This document shows, in pieces, positions 1-11,200 of a DNA stretch of 64,000 nt. The stretch spans positions 124,001 through 188,000 of the forward strand of contig MU008202.1 of the NCBI GenBank assembly GCA_010909165.1, given 5' to 3'. The translations under genes and the position numbers were made by a program. Under the pieces are notes generated by a model. The model was not told where the DNA came from, searched no databases, and saw only the letters and a program-made list of their open reading frames with translations. This stretch comes from Anthoceros angustus (lineage: Eukaryota; Plantae; Anthocerotophyta). Within the stretch, counting starts at the first letter, position 1. Every line of letters begins with the position of its first letter.

Positions 1-26
1 TTGCCACAAAAGTGGCTTGTAATGGT

Positions 27-419
27 AAATTTTGCCCTCTACATTATAAAAAAGATTAAAAATTATAACCAATAGATTTAGTCAAAACTCAATAGAATCC
101 TTTAAAATGCTTACAAACGCCTCAAGAAATTGGAGCCATTACCACCTGAGTACTCATTGGATGGTCCGAATTTTAGCCTGTTAGAAAGGCTTGTTTGTGG
201 ACTATGTACTTGTTTTTGAGAAAAAGATAAAAATATTTTTGAGTCTAAGAAAAGCCCTTTCCAACACACTCAAAAACTCTACCATCGATCAATATCCCCG
301 TACAATGGCTTCCGTTTCTTAAGGGGTTAAAGTTTTTTAAAAGATTCTTTCACGTTTCGACCAGATATATTGGTCAAAATTTTTCAATTATTTTTTTATA
401 ATGTAAAGGGCAGAAGTTT
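27..419. repeat. Degenerate ~400-bp palindrome (foldback / MITE-like), centred near 220
   Basis: 27-54 AAATTTTGCCCTCTACATTATAAAAAA is an imperfect reverse complement of 393-419. The match continues inward (TCAAAAC..AGAATC..TTTAAAA..AAGAAA..GAGCCATT versus 304-360; GATGGT..TTTT..TGTT.GAAAGG versus 255-295). No TSD was identified. Confidence 0.65.
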
Positions 420-529
420 CACAGAAGGCCATCTTAGTTAACATGAATTAGTGTCATACAAAAGATATGCCCAGTGTTAAAGAACATGGATTAAAAGACT
501 TGATTTGAGTAGGTCGAACAGGATGAGGT

Positions 530-960
530 TAGTTGATGTCTAAGATGAAGAAAATTTTTACTCAATTCAGAGACTTTATAGATATTTCAAAGTATACATC
601 AAAGTCCCGCACTAGGTTTATTTTATAGATATTGTAAAGTATACCTCGAAGTCCCGCACTCGGTTTTTTGTCTGGAGTAACCCGATAGGGCACTAACAAC
701 TGGCGGACGTGGGTTTACTTTATAGATATTTTAAAATATACATTGAAGTCCTGCACTGGGTTTTTGTATCTGGAGTAACCCCATAGAGCACTAACAACTA
801 CCGTGGGTCGGGCAATACGAGGCTAGTTGCTGATGTCTAGGATGAAGAAAACTTTTCCTGAATTCAGACACTTTATAGATATTTCAAAGTATATATCGAA
901 GTCTCGTGGGTCGGGTCCTACGGGTTAGTTATTATCGTAGGAGCCAATGGTTTTGGACGA
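530..960 (+). repeat. Cluster of degenerate direct repeats (TTTATAGATATTTCAAAGTATACATC.AAGTCCCGCACT family)
   Basis: The motif recurs at ~576, 622, 718 and 870, with a further copy at ~1590-1635. GATGAAGAAAA..TTTT..AATTCAGA.AC recurs at ~544, 841 and 1567. Confidence 0.7.
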
Positions 961-2936
961 AATTTAATTAATTATAGCAACTATCAAAATTTTAAAAAAT
1001 ATTGAAATGAGTGACGAAAACTAAAATATGCAAATGGTAAGAGCCGAAAACATGCTGGTGTGCACATACCTCGGTTGTGAGGAGCAAGAGAGTGCACATC
1101 TCGGCCCAAGGAGGGGGAGAGTGCACTCCTCCGCCACTGAGATCCAATCTCCCGGTAGCACAGCAAGATTGGATTCAATTCTTCGAGGGGTCCTGGAATC
1201 TTGTGCAGCTAAAGCCTATGTTGCAGTATATTCTACACCTCTACTTAGGTACCCATCTATTTCATTTGGTATTGAAACCTAGGTTATGAGCCAGTCTTAA
1301 AAGGCTAAGATTAGGTAAATAGATAAAAAAAATTATAATATTTATTCATTATCTTTTCTATTCATTTATAAGTTATGATGTATTATAAAATTATATAGGA
1401 AGATATATTATTCTATATATTTAATATACTATTGAAATATAAAACATCAATGTATATTTTGTTAAAAACTAAAATTATAAACTCATACAAGTTGAATTTA
1501 TTTTTTCAAAAAACTAATTATTTGACATTAGGGTGTCCAAACCGGTGGCTCTTCGGTAATGTGTAAGATGAAAAAAATTTTACAAAATTTAGAGACTTAA
1601 TAAATATTTCAAAGTATACATTCAAGTCCCGAGGTTTTTTATGAAGAATGCCCAGCACACGGGAGACGAGGGCATGATGTTTGCGGCCATGAAGCGAGGG
1701 GATGAGTGATAACCCATCCAAACATTGATCAGTCCCAAGGACGCTGAAGTTCCGATGAACTCATGGAGTTCTAATATACTCATGTTTGGATGTAAAAACA
1801 TGAACAAAACTTGCTAGAACACTAGCATCCCAACAACATGACAACATACGGCAAATGTTGTAAGGCCAAGTCTTCCTCACCAAATTTCAATCATTCAAAA
1901 CTGTAAGGGTTGAAGAACAACGCGAGAATGAAAGTACGGGAGGGAAGATGACAAATCTTAATGGATTTAGAAGCACCTGTAGTTTGAAAATGGGCGATTG
2001 CGAGAGCTAGTCCCAACACGGTATCTTTCGAAGGGGGTGAATATTCACGAAGGGGGTTTTGTGAAATTTATCTCCTGAAGGGGGTTTCACATGGGTATTG
2101 AACTCGTGGTTTTGAGGTATGGGTGAATGTAAGGCAAAAAAGAAGGGTGAGAATTCATGTGAACCAGTGATACAAGGTCCATTTCAGGCCAGCGAAGGGT
2201 TATGGTGCAAGAGGTAACCTTATTTGGGGTGCATTTAAGACCCATGACAAGGGCCATTGCTGTCGGTCACTGCCGGTCTTTCTCGTACAACAACCCTAAA
2301 GACTCGTAAAAAGCACGGTGATCAGAATTGGATGACATGTTAACCTCCTGACAGTCGGGGAGCAAAGCAGGTCTGAGGAGAAGGGCACCGGCCGGCCGGC
2401 GCCCTTTTCCTGGCATTACGATGATGCCTTGCGAAAGGCGGAGAGTAGCAGGCCCATAGTGGGATGTGTGTACCAAAAGACTTTGGGTGTGGGGTGGGTA
2501 GGTAGCTTCTGCACACCCTCAATTGTGCCCGCAAATATAATCACATGGTTCAGTCCCACAGAGTGCAATCGATGAACGAAAAAAAGTGTGCGACAACCGG
2601 TTCTCGCCGACATATCGCACAGTAAAACATGCCCGCAAGGCTCATCGTGTGTTGCCTGTTGGTATGCCGCAATGGCAAGCGCGCAACTACCGCCACACTC
2701 CCCACATGTCCTTCCGCATGTAATGGAAAAAGGCTTGAACATTGGAAGCTATTAAGCATGTGAAGTCTACAACGGCACACAGAGAACAACCAAAACCAAA
2801 ATCCTATCATGGGCCTAGATTCTTTCCATAAATATGTACTGCGCTTGGAAATGTGCACTCCGAACTACAGGAATTGATCTTCACGCATAACCTCACCAAT
2901 TGCCCGTCGAAGATGACCTAACATTCATAGGGTTTC

Positions 2937-3150
2937 CTACTCTTCGCCAGACTCCATGCCATCATCTTCGTTGGGCACGGCATCATGACCATCATCTTCA
3001 CTGTCCTCGGTGGCACTTTGGCTCGCTGGTTGAATAAAGCCTCGCAATTCAATTTACTTATCCTTGATTGCCTTCTTATCTACAGCGTACAAATGTTTCC
3101 GCCATCAAGTTGAACTCATAATAGAGGATGACCGTTTGGTGAACAAAAAC
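2937..3150 (-). pseudogene. Element gene A, C-terminal remnant
   Basis: Translates as EVFVHQTVILYYEFNL / RKHLYAVDKKAIKDK*IELRGFIQPASQSA..E*, with one frameshift and one stop. Homologous to 16400-16632 in copy 2. Confidence 0.75.
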
Positions 3151-3863
3151 CTCTACTTACACGACAGTCTATTTCTACGCCTCAAAGTAATGCTATGCTT
3201 CACGTTTGGTGCACGAACATGCCCATATATTCTTCGAGAACGAAGCTACACATAGCATAGTATGAATGAATGAATGAAAACAGGTCCATAGGTGTTTTGG
3301 AAAATGCGTGCAACCATGGCATGAGAGGAGTTTCAATATACGCATCCATAAAGAGAACGGGCCGACGCCTTCCCCAACAAGCCTTGTACAGGGCGCCTTG
3401 CCAAGCTCCCCATGGGCGCAGGCCGGCCGGCGCTCTCCCCATGCATGTTCTCCTCATGGGCTGCCATTGATAAAATAGATAATTAGTGCTTCACACCTTG
3501 TTTGAGGGATAGTTAGTCAAGTGGTTTGTAAACAGTTTGAAAATCAATAGGATAGTTACTCAAGTGGTTTATAAATAGTTTAATAATCAATAGGTTGTGG
3601 GTTCAAATTCTCAAGAGGCTTAATAAACCAACTTTGTTGATTTTATGGGCGCATGGGCACGGGCATTTAAGGGCGCTAGCATGCCCATATATTGAGGCTG
3701 ACTTGATCCATGGGTATGAGGTTTTGCCACATGCTGACGAAGGATTGACATTCGAGGCCCACCGCAGAGGATTTGCGCAATTCTGGGCAAAGGAGGTGTG
3801 TGAGGACTCTTTGAAAGTGCAGGTGGTTTCTTTCAATACTCGTTGGCTGAGGACCAAAATTGG

Positions 3864-4010
3864 GGAGGACTGAACGAAGACTCAGAGGCTTTGGGCGAGA
3901 ACGATGGCTTCGATGAACGGGAACTGGAGCGGATTCGAAATTTGGTCATCATGATGGATTTGGAGTTCGCTCGAGCACCCGACGAGTCACACGTTAGCCA
4001 TAGAAAGTAG
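3864..4010 (+). pseudogene. Element gene B, C-terminal remnant
   Basis: NEDSEALGENDGFDERELERIRNLVIMMD aligns without gaps to NEYEQALEENDSFDAEDMDRLRNLAVVLD at 14082-14217 (-), 14/29 identical. Confidence 0.7.
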
Positions 4011-4706
4011 GCTTACGGTTCTGTAGGCACCTAGATGTGCCTCTTCTCTGTGTTCGTAATAACTTTTGGACCCGTTGCATTGAGGCAATTGATGATTTCA
4101 TTTTCCCCTCTTCCTCAAAAACGAAGCAAAGGCGCCGGTCGGCCGGCGCCTTTGCTTGGATTTGTTGTCTTTGTGTGTTGGAAACGGATTTTCATGATAA
4201 CTACTCGTTGGAAAACGGTCGACCTTTCTTGAAAACGAGGTAAAACGCATCTTTCGGGACTGTCGGGAATGTGCTAAGACGGTTTCCATGTCACAAAAGG
4301 GGGTTTGGATATTCACCCCCTTCGAAAGATACCGTGTTTCCCCTTTGGCCTAATGCCTCCTTGAGGGTTGGGGCCATTGCGGGGAGCTAGTCCCCTTGGC
4401 CCTGTGCCTCCTTGAGGGTTATTCCCCTTGAGTATAGATAATTTTCTCATCCCTTTTCACTACATAAAGTCTCCGTTAGTAACGGTATTGGTGAAATAAG
4501 GTAGAAAGGTGAAAAATTAAAAGAGGTAAAAAGCTAGTTTATTAGCTGCCCTGTTAAGAAGATGCATGTGTTGCTTGCTTCATGCAATCTCCTATTAGAG
4601 AGGAATTGCTAAAGCCACAAATGAAGAGCTACCTAGAGAGGACTCTTGTTGATCAGTGGTCTGTAAGAATCCCTAGATTTAACAGCTGCCTAGTTGAGGT
4701 CATGGC

Positions 4707-5219
4707 GGGATATATAAGGGCTAGAGCAAAGGCTTCTTAGGCCAGGTTGCAGGATATATTAGGGCTAGAGCAAGGGCTTCTCAGGTCAGGTTGTGGGATA
4801 TATAAGGGCTAGAGCAAGGGCTTCTCAGGTCAGGTTGTGGGATATATAAGGGCTAGAGCAAGGGCTTCTCAGATAAAGTTGCGGGATATATAAGGGCTAG
4901 AACAAGGGCTTCTCAGGTCAGGTTGCGGGATATATAAGGGCTAGAGCAAAGGCTTCTCAGGTCAGGTTGCAGGATATATTAGGGCTAGAGCAAGGGCTTC
5001 TCAGTTCAGGTTGTGGGATATATAAGGGCTAGAGCAAGGGCTTCTCAGATCAAGTTGCGGGATATATAAGGGCTAGAGCAAGGGCTTCTCAGGTCAGGTT
5101 GCGGGATATATAAGGGCTAGAGCAAGGGCTTCTCAGGTCAGGTTGCGGGATATATAAGGGCTAGAGCGAGGGCTTCTCAGGTCAGGTTGCGGGATATATA
5201 AGGGCTAGAGTAAGGGCTT
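4707..5219 (+). repeat. 44-bp tandem array, ~12 copies (GGGATATATAAGGGCTAGAGCAAGGGCTTCTCAGGTCAGGTTGC)
   Basis: Unit starts at 4707, 4751 ... 5191. Each unit carries TATATAA. Confidence 0.95.
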
Positions 5220-5290
5220 TGAGAAGGAGACACTCACTCTTTGAGAGAGCAGGCAAGTGTGCGCTGCAAGCCTTGTGTTGAGAGAGGTGT

Positions 5291-5390
5291 GGAGAGCTAG
5301 CTAGTGAGCTTGTCTGGAGAGCTAGCTAGTGAGCTTGTCTGGAGAGCTAGCTAGTGAGCTTGTCTGGAGAGCTGGCTAGTGAGCTTGTCT
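5291..5390 (+). repeat. 25-bp tandem array x4 (GGAGAGCTAGCTAGTGAGCTTGTCT)
   Basis: Units start at 5291, 5316, 5341 and 5366. Confidence 0.95.
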
Positions 5391-5837
5391 TGAGGTGCAA
5401 GGAGCTGGGCGTAGATAGCCGTGCTGGGCGAGATAGCCGAGCTGGGCGATAGCCGTGAGCTGGATGCAATAGCCAATAGCTAGTTAAGCGTAGATAGCCA
5501 GATTCCATCGTTGTTTTCTTTTAATAAAGAGCAGCACCTCGAGGAGGTGGCCTGCGTCAGTGGACGGCGGGCTACTTGGAGCCTAGTGCTGTGTTGTGAG
5601 GTTGAGAGCGCTGAGAATCGTGCAAGTCTCTTGTGGAGTGAATTGGCGAGGTCCTAGACCGCTAGGAAGCCAGCATTTGTCGCTTCCTTACTGGCTGCGC
5701 AGTGAGGGGTGTTACTTCGTTAGCTTTACTGGCTGCGCAGTGAGGGGTGTTACTCTGTTGGCTTTAGAAGCTACGGCGAAGTTTTTGGATATGGAATTGT
5801 CACGGTAGGCCGGCGTTTAGGTAATACAACATTGCTC

Positions 5838-6025
5838 AGATAATACAAGATAGCTTAGATAATACAAGATAGCTTAGATAATACAAGATAGCTTAGATAA
5901 TACAAGATAGCTTAGATAATACAAGATAGCTTAGATATTACAAGATAGCTTAGATAATACAAGATAGCTTAGATAATACAAGATAGCTTAGATAATACAA
6001 GATAGCTTAGATAATACAAGATAGC
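5838..6025 (+). repeat. 19-bp tandem array x10 (AGATAATACAAGATAGCTT)
   Basis: Near-perfect units from 5838 to 6009+, with no spacers. Confidence 0.95.
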
Positions 6026-6756
6026 GGGCCCGTGAACGAAGGCACACATGGAAGAAAGAGGTGAGGGGACAAGAGAGTACAATAAAGATACATAACGATC
6101 TTCATGGGGTTAACCCTAAAGGACGAACCTCCTCAACTTGAGTGGTTTTAAGTGCGTCATTCGGGATGTTTTCTACATCGATTCATCATCTTGGACCTCT
6201 CAGCATATGTGCCTAGCAAATTGGGGATATGATAGGAGTTCTCGGTGAGCGGGTGCGCCATGTAGGAGATAGTTTGTATAAGGTGTCCGAGATCCGCCAG
6301 AGGGCGAGGCTGAGGCCGAGGCCGAGGTCGTGGCAAAGGACCAGTACCCACACACTCTGACAATCCTATTGAACATATTTTCATTGGAGAAAGTTCATCT
6401 ACTCAAACACCTGCAAGAGGTAACAGCAAGAGTGGACGAATTTGCGGTCACTTCCCGAGTCCGACGGGATCTGCTCCTCCACGGATTTAGGGGTACCTGG
6501 ATTCCAAAAGGAATCCCGGTTTATAAGAGCCCTGTCTAGTCCCTTTGGTCGCAAATTGTGTGTATGGCACCAATTGATTTCTAATGTGCATAGTGTGCTC
6601 AACATAACTTGTTCTTGGTATCATTCTCATCGCTTGTCTGCAGTAGGGCAGGCGAGACGTAGAGAGGTGAGGTGTTTGTCTTTCCGGCATATTTGTTGCC
6701 GTTGTCATGGCCTGCAGCTGCTCGGAGCATCTAACATGTGGGGTCTTTGTCCTTAG

Positions 6757-7304
6757 GATAACCAACGGTGCTTTCTCCGGACTTGTTGGGAGGTGGGTAA
6801 AGTCCTTGGACAGCTTTTGTGTGGCCTTAGTAGTGATTTGGTTATGTGGGATATTGAACTGATTTGCCACCCATTTTTCTTTGGCCAGCTTCGCCTACTC
6901 GCATCGGAATGCCTTTGGAAGAAATCAAAAGCTCAACATTTCACTCGAGAGAGGGCAAGCCATAGCGGTGGCTCCTCACAACCTGAATGAATCTGGCCTG
7001 TTGACGTGAGATTCTACTAAGCTGTGCTGTTCTTCGCAGAGGGGTTGGAGCTCGTGATGACAAAGGGCAACCAAAATATGTGGATATTTTCTAAAGCCCC
7101 CTGACATTCAGGTGTGCCTGGTAGTTTTTGTGACGCTGCAGATATGCTACTGCACTAGCAGTCTGCCTTTCGAATTTTGTCTCTGACATGCGGTCTCTTC
7201 ATATTGCAGTGGCCGAGGTTATGATGACATGAGCTTATGATGACATGTTAGGGGCAAAATTGGAGACTCTTTACACAGATTCTGGTGACAACGGGTCGTC
7301 TCAA
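6757..7304 (+). pseudogene. OEP80: Internal fragment of OEP80/TOC75-V (Omp85 family) with introns retained
   Basis: Exons ~6757-6792, 6889-~6958, 7040-7111 and 7210-7304 translate as ITNGAFSGLVGS|[23 protein letters not shown] ... GVGARDDKGQPKYVDIF*SPLTF|GRGYDDM(dup)LGAKLETLYTDSGDNGSSQ. These match plant OEP80 motifs ([26 protein letters not shown]; AKLES.YTGSGD.GS). There is an in-frame TAA at ~7092 and a 16-bp duplication that shifts the frame. Confidence 0.85.
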
Positions 7305-8222
7305 GTGAGTAGTCTTTCTCATTTTCCTTGTCAATGCTGCTTCCCAAGTGAACGTACGTCCTTTGATGCTTTTTCATGCTTGATGCAATTTTGATTTCCT
7401 CAGTTTCTTCATTCGATCCGCGCCAGCTTGTCGCAAAGAGCTTGGCTCTGGCTCATACCTGGGAGCCATGTTACAGAGGTCTGTATGGCGCGGGCTCAGC
7501 AAATGAGTCGAGGTAACAATTCAACCTTTCACATGTTAAGGCCCTTGGAAGCGTTTCCTCGTCCCCAACGTTGCAGAGGACGAGGAAGGAGTGCCGAATA
7601 GCAAGTGAACATTCTGCTTATGACTTGTCCCTAGACGTATTGAAATCTTATGACTTCTCCCGAGACGGATTGAAATCGGCACGAAATAATAGAAGTAATA
7701 TAGGCTTGTTAGGTGGTCATCTTACAGGGTCATCCCACTGGACTCAAGACTCAAGCTCACGAAATGCGACTGGGTAGGTCTCTTAGAGCAAACTGCGGTA
7801 CCGGAAGATTTTGTTCCTACAAATAAATGCAAAAAGTAGAGGAGTCAACCAGTATCATCCTCCCATACACAGGATTCGCTACTTCACGCACCAGAAGGTA
7901 GAAGAAGAAGTAAAGAATTCTGTCATACAGTGCCTAAGCTACTCGAACCAGGGGCATCCACTCCCTCTAGGCACCCAGTCTAAGTACCGATCAAAGCACA
8001 GGATGCCTAACAGCGTTCATATACTACGACATGCAACTGACTGGGTTTGGTAGGCGGCTGTTGGGGGTTGGGGCTGTGGACGTCGGCCAGGTACGTGGCC
8101 GGGCGCCGGTGATGAACTAATACTAAGGGGTGGTCTTCGTTACAGTCCAGCACCACCTGTACGCTGAAGCTGAAGCAGGTCACATCATTGGCAGGACCAC
8201 ACTCAAGAATAATCTACATAGA

Positions 8223-11200
8223 CTAAAGAATAACAGGCGCATCCGCTGGGCACAAGTCCAAGTTGCGTAAAACGATCTTCGCAAAAACTTTAGCCTGCAC
8301 TTGGGCACTTGCGGCTGCGGCAGCAGACCGCAAAACCCGCGCTGCCCCTGCCTTGTGCAGAAGGCTTGCATGATGCATTGCATGACGCCCTCCCGGCATT
8401 GTGAACTACAGCAAACACGATCAAGCACTCAGTTCTACGAGACCGTCACATACCTTCTTCACGTTCTTTGTACCCAGAAGACAAAATCGAGCATAGAACC
8501 GGTAAGGTAAGCCTGTCTACCACGAAGTTGAAAATCATTACCTGAAGAAGAGCAAATGCGGCACAAGCCCGGAGAACAGGTGAGCAGTTCCGAAGCATAG
8601 TAACAAACCTCCCCACCTCAGCTCCACTGAATGTAACAAGATCAGCTGTTAGCACAGTTCCTTGTACCATTCTGAATACAGAAGAACACCGCAGCAAGGA
8701 AGTCCATATACTACCTGCACCGCAGGTGGCCAGCCTCTGTTATGCGTGCTGAGTCGGCCACCTGGTGAAGGAGCGCAGGTGTCCAAGAAGAAGCAGCCAG
8801 GGCAAGAGAAGCCGTGTCGGAAAATGCCTGGACGAAAATTTCAATGTGCTTGAGAGCCATTTTCCTTGCTGCTTCGAGACCTCCATTTCAGTGAATGCTT
8901 CACAGTGGGCACCAGCGGAGACCACTTCATCCATTCTGCTAAAACAAATCAGACATTAACACCCTCCACAGACACAAGATACACAACCTGAGACTCAGGA
9001 CGACATTTCCTGAGTTTCCAATTCTGGAGGACGTGGAAACAATTGCCACGTCCTCCAAAACATGTCGTCCTCCAGAAACTGACGAAGCCAGACTGCGAAA
9101 AGCAACGAACCTTCCATCAAACATATATGCCAGAGCAAGGGCTGCCATAAACCGTGCCATTTTTGACCCAGAATTGGAACAAAGGTGGACTAATGCAGGT
9201 ACACCATCTTCCTCCACCATGCGCAAAGCATTCCCTGCGTTGAAGGCTAGATTCCACAATGCACCAGCCGCGGTTTCATGAACATCCTGAAAGAGGGGAA
9301 GACCGAAACAGACGTTTCAGTCCAATCCTTGATCCCATCATTTCCAGTGTGGCTACAGTCACAAGATGATTCATTTGACCTCTGCAACAAACCTGTTGCC
9401 CTCATGGTGCAATATGGGATCTTACCTCAGAATCTGACCGTGCCAGGGCAATAAGAGGTGCCACGCCACCTTCCGTCCAATTGCAATGCTGAAAACCCAG
9501 AAAATTCATTGTTTCACCAGATGCAGGCATGTCCTCGTCAACATGAAAGCTTTCAGGAACCTACAAGGGCTTGAGAGAAGGCCAAGCATGATGCAAGCTC
9601 GGACAAAAGGGTCATTCAATCTCACCTGTTGGCTTCAGATACTGAGAGACCCCAAAGAGCTCCTGCTGCCCTCTCTTGCAATCCCTGAGAGCCATTACTA
9701 CAGCTTTGAGCCAAAGCCACCTGTACCAACCAAGACAACCTTCACATTTTAGTTGATCTTAACACAGGGTTCCACAGCACAGCGACAGAGTCTGAACAAA
9801 GGACTTCACTTTGACTACACTGGCTACTAGCACTTCATATGGACATTACCAATGCTTCCACTCCCCAGCAGCCGCAATTGCCTCACGGTTTCTGTCGTCA
9901 AAGAAAGATTCCACAGAGCTCCTGCAGCCTCCTGCCTGCAATCCACATAAAAGCGGAAGAGAGAATCAGTGTCTACATGGACAATATCAACTGAAGCGAT
10001 TGCCAGTCATTCAAAACTCCCTCACGGCCACTTACGGACACCTTCATGATGTGAGCAGGTAAGCTGCACAAGTGCATCAAGAGCCCCGTCCTCCCGGCCT
10101 ACAGCAGCATTATTTCCGTTACTGTCACCATGTGCTGCTAGATTAGCTAGTGCACGAGCTGCCTGTGTTCAATAATAACAAGTCTCTGTCAGCCCAAGTG
10201 TGCAAATGAAATCTGAGGCATTGCACAGACACCACTACCTATCAAGGATGATTGTAGCTTGGATTGGCACAATGACTTTACCTGTTCTTGGACACCTTCA
10301 TTCTTGCAAAATCGAGCAAGCATTACAAGTGCATGAACACCACCAGCCATAGCTACTTCCATGCTGCATTTATCATCTGCAGCAAGATTCGCCAAAAGCT
10401 CCAGCAGCACGTTCCTGAGATAGGAACAACTGTGCTTAGTTCCTACTCCAACGAACTTCCAACTGCACCCTTGGGAAGAAAAGGCAAAAAGAAAGAGTAC
10501 CAAGACTCCCTCCCGCCTGATGGCCACTTGAAAGCTAAGTCCACCAAAGCCTCGATAGCACCAGCCTCCGCTATGGCACCCTGAATTACATATGTGCATA
10601 CATGAGACAAACATGAGAATCAGATAGACGCCAACATACGAGCATCTAGGGAGCTCTTTTCAAAGGTATCCACCTCGATAATTACCTTATGCTCATCACC
10701 AACCGAAAGATTCCAAAGACCACCTGCAGCCTCCTCAGCTACCCAGCGATTGGGTGACCTGGCTAAGGCTGCTAATATACTGATGCCTCCCTCCATTGCA
10801 ACTGTCTTAGCCACTTCTGTGTTTACCGATAGGTTTGCTAGCGCCTGCAAGGAGCAAACGTATAAGAGAGGAATGCAAGACATCCAAGACATACAATGTT
10901 CCAGGAGCTGTGTGTCGTGAACCAACAAAAAGTACAATACCTTGGCTGCTTCTGACTGCACACCCTCACGGCTGGACTTGGCAAGGTTGAGAAGATAAGC
11001 GATGCCACCACCATTCATCACAGCTTCAGCTCTGTTCAGGTCAACTGTTGCATTTTCATCATCAATAACAACAAATGTGGCAAGCGCAGTTGCACCCCTT
11101 TCCTGCACTTCCTCCTGAGAGCTTTTCACAAGACTAAGCATCACAGCAGTGCCTTGCTTAAGCCAAAAGCTGTCCAGTCCTGGGAGATTACTTTCTGCTA

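Larger units (their letters stand above)
2015..4338 (-). mobile_element. TIR DNA transposon, copy 1 of an AACA-terminus / 4-bp-TSD family (non-autonomous, degenerate)
   Basis: Perfect 30-bp TIR AACACGGTATCTTTCGAAGGGGGTGAATAT (2015-2044 and 4309-4338). TSD TCCC at 2011-2014 and 4339-4342. The neighbouring host repeat unit at 4371-4420 shows the empty site with a single TCCC. Confidence 0.9.
4551..5830 (+). other. LTR-like repetitive block, boundaries unresolved
   Basis: Begins TGTTAAG and contains TATA-bearing tandem repeats, short repeats and AATAAA (~5523), which resembles a U3-R-U5 layout. No partner LTR, PBS/PPT or TSD was found. Confidence 0.3.

Noticed and set aside
1622-1990. Faint LRR-like peptides on the minus strand (NMSILELHEFIGTSASLG; SSTLTVLND)
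   Set aside because: The LRR consensus is incomplete and interrupted by stops. It cannot be distinguished from chance without a search.
2416-2858. Cys-rich ORFs inside TIR element 1 as a zinc-finger gene
   Set aside because: Cys pairs are spread over different frames, there is no counterpart in element 2, and no recognisable motif.
2017-4336. Reading element 1 as CACTA-like (CACGG..CCGTG)
   Set aside because: The flanks would be CAA/TTT, which is not a duplication. The TIR extends to AA/TT, and the 4-bp TCCC TSD is supported by the empty-site repeat.
4551-4684. TGTTAA..TTAACA segment as a solo mini-LTR
   Set aside because: The immediate flanks (TGCCC / GCTGC) are not a TSD and no second copy is present.
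4707-6025. Regular short repeats resembling CRISPR arrays
   Set aside because: The units are head-to-tail with no unique spacers, the context is eukaryotic, and there are no cas genes. These are minisatellites.
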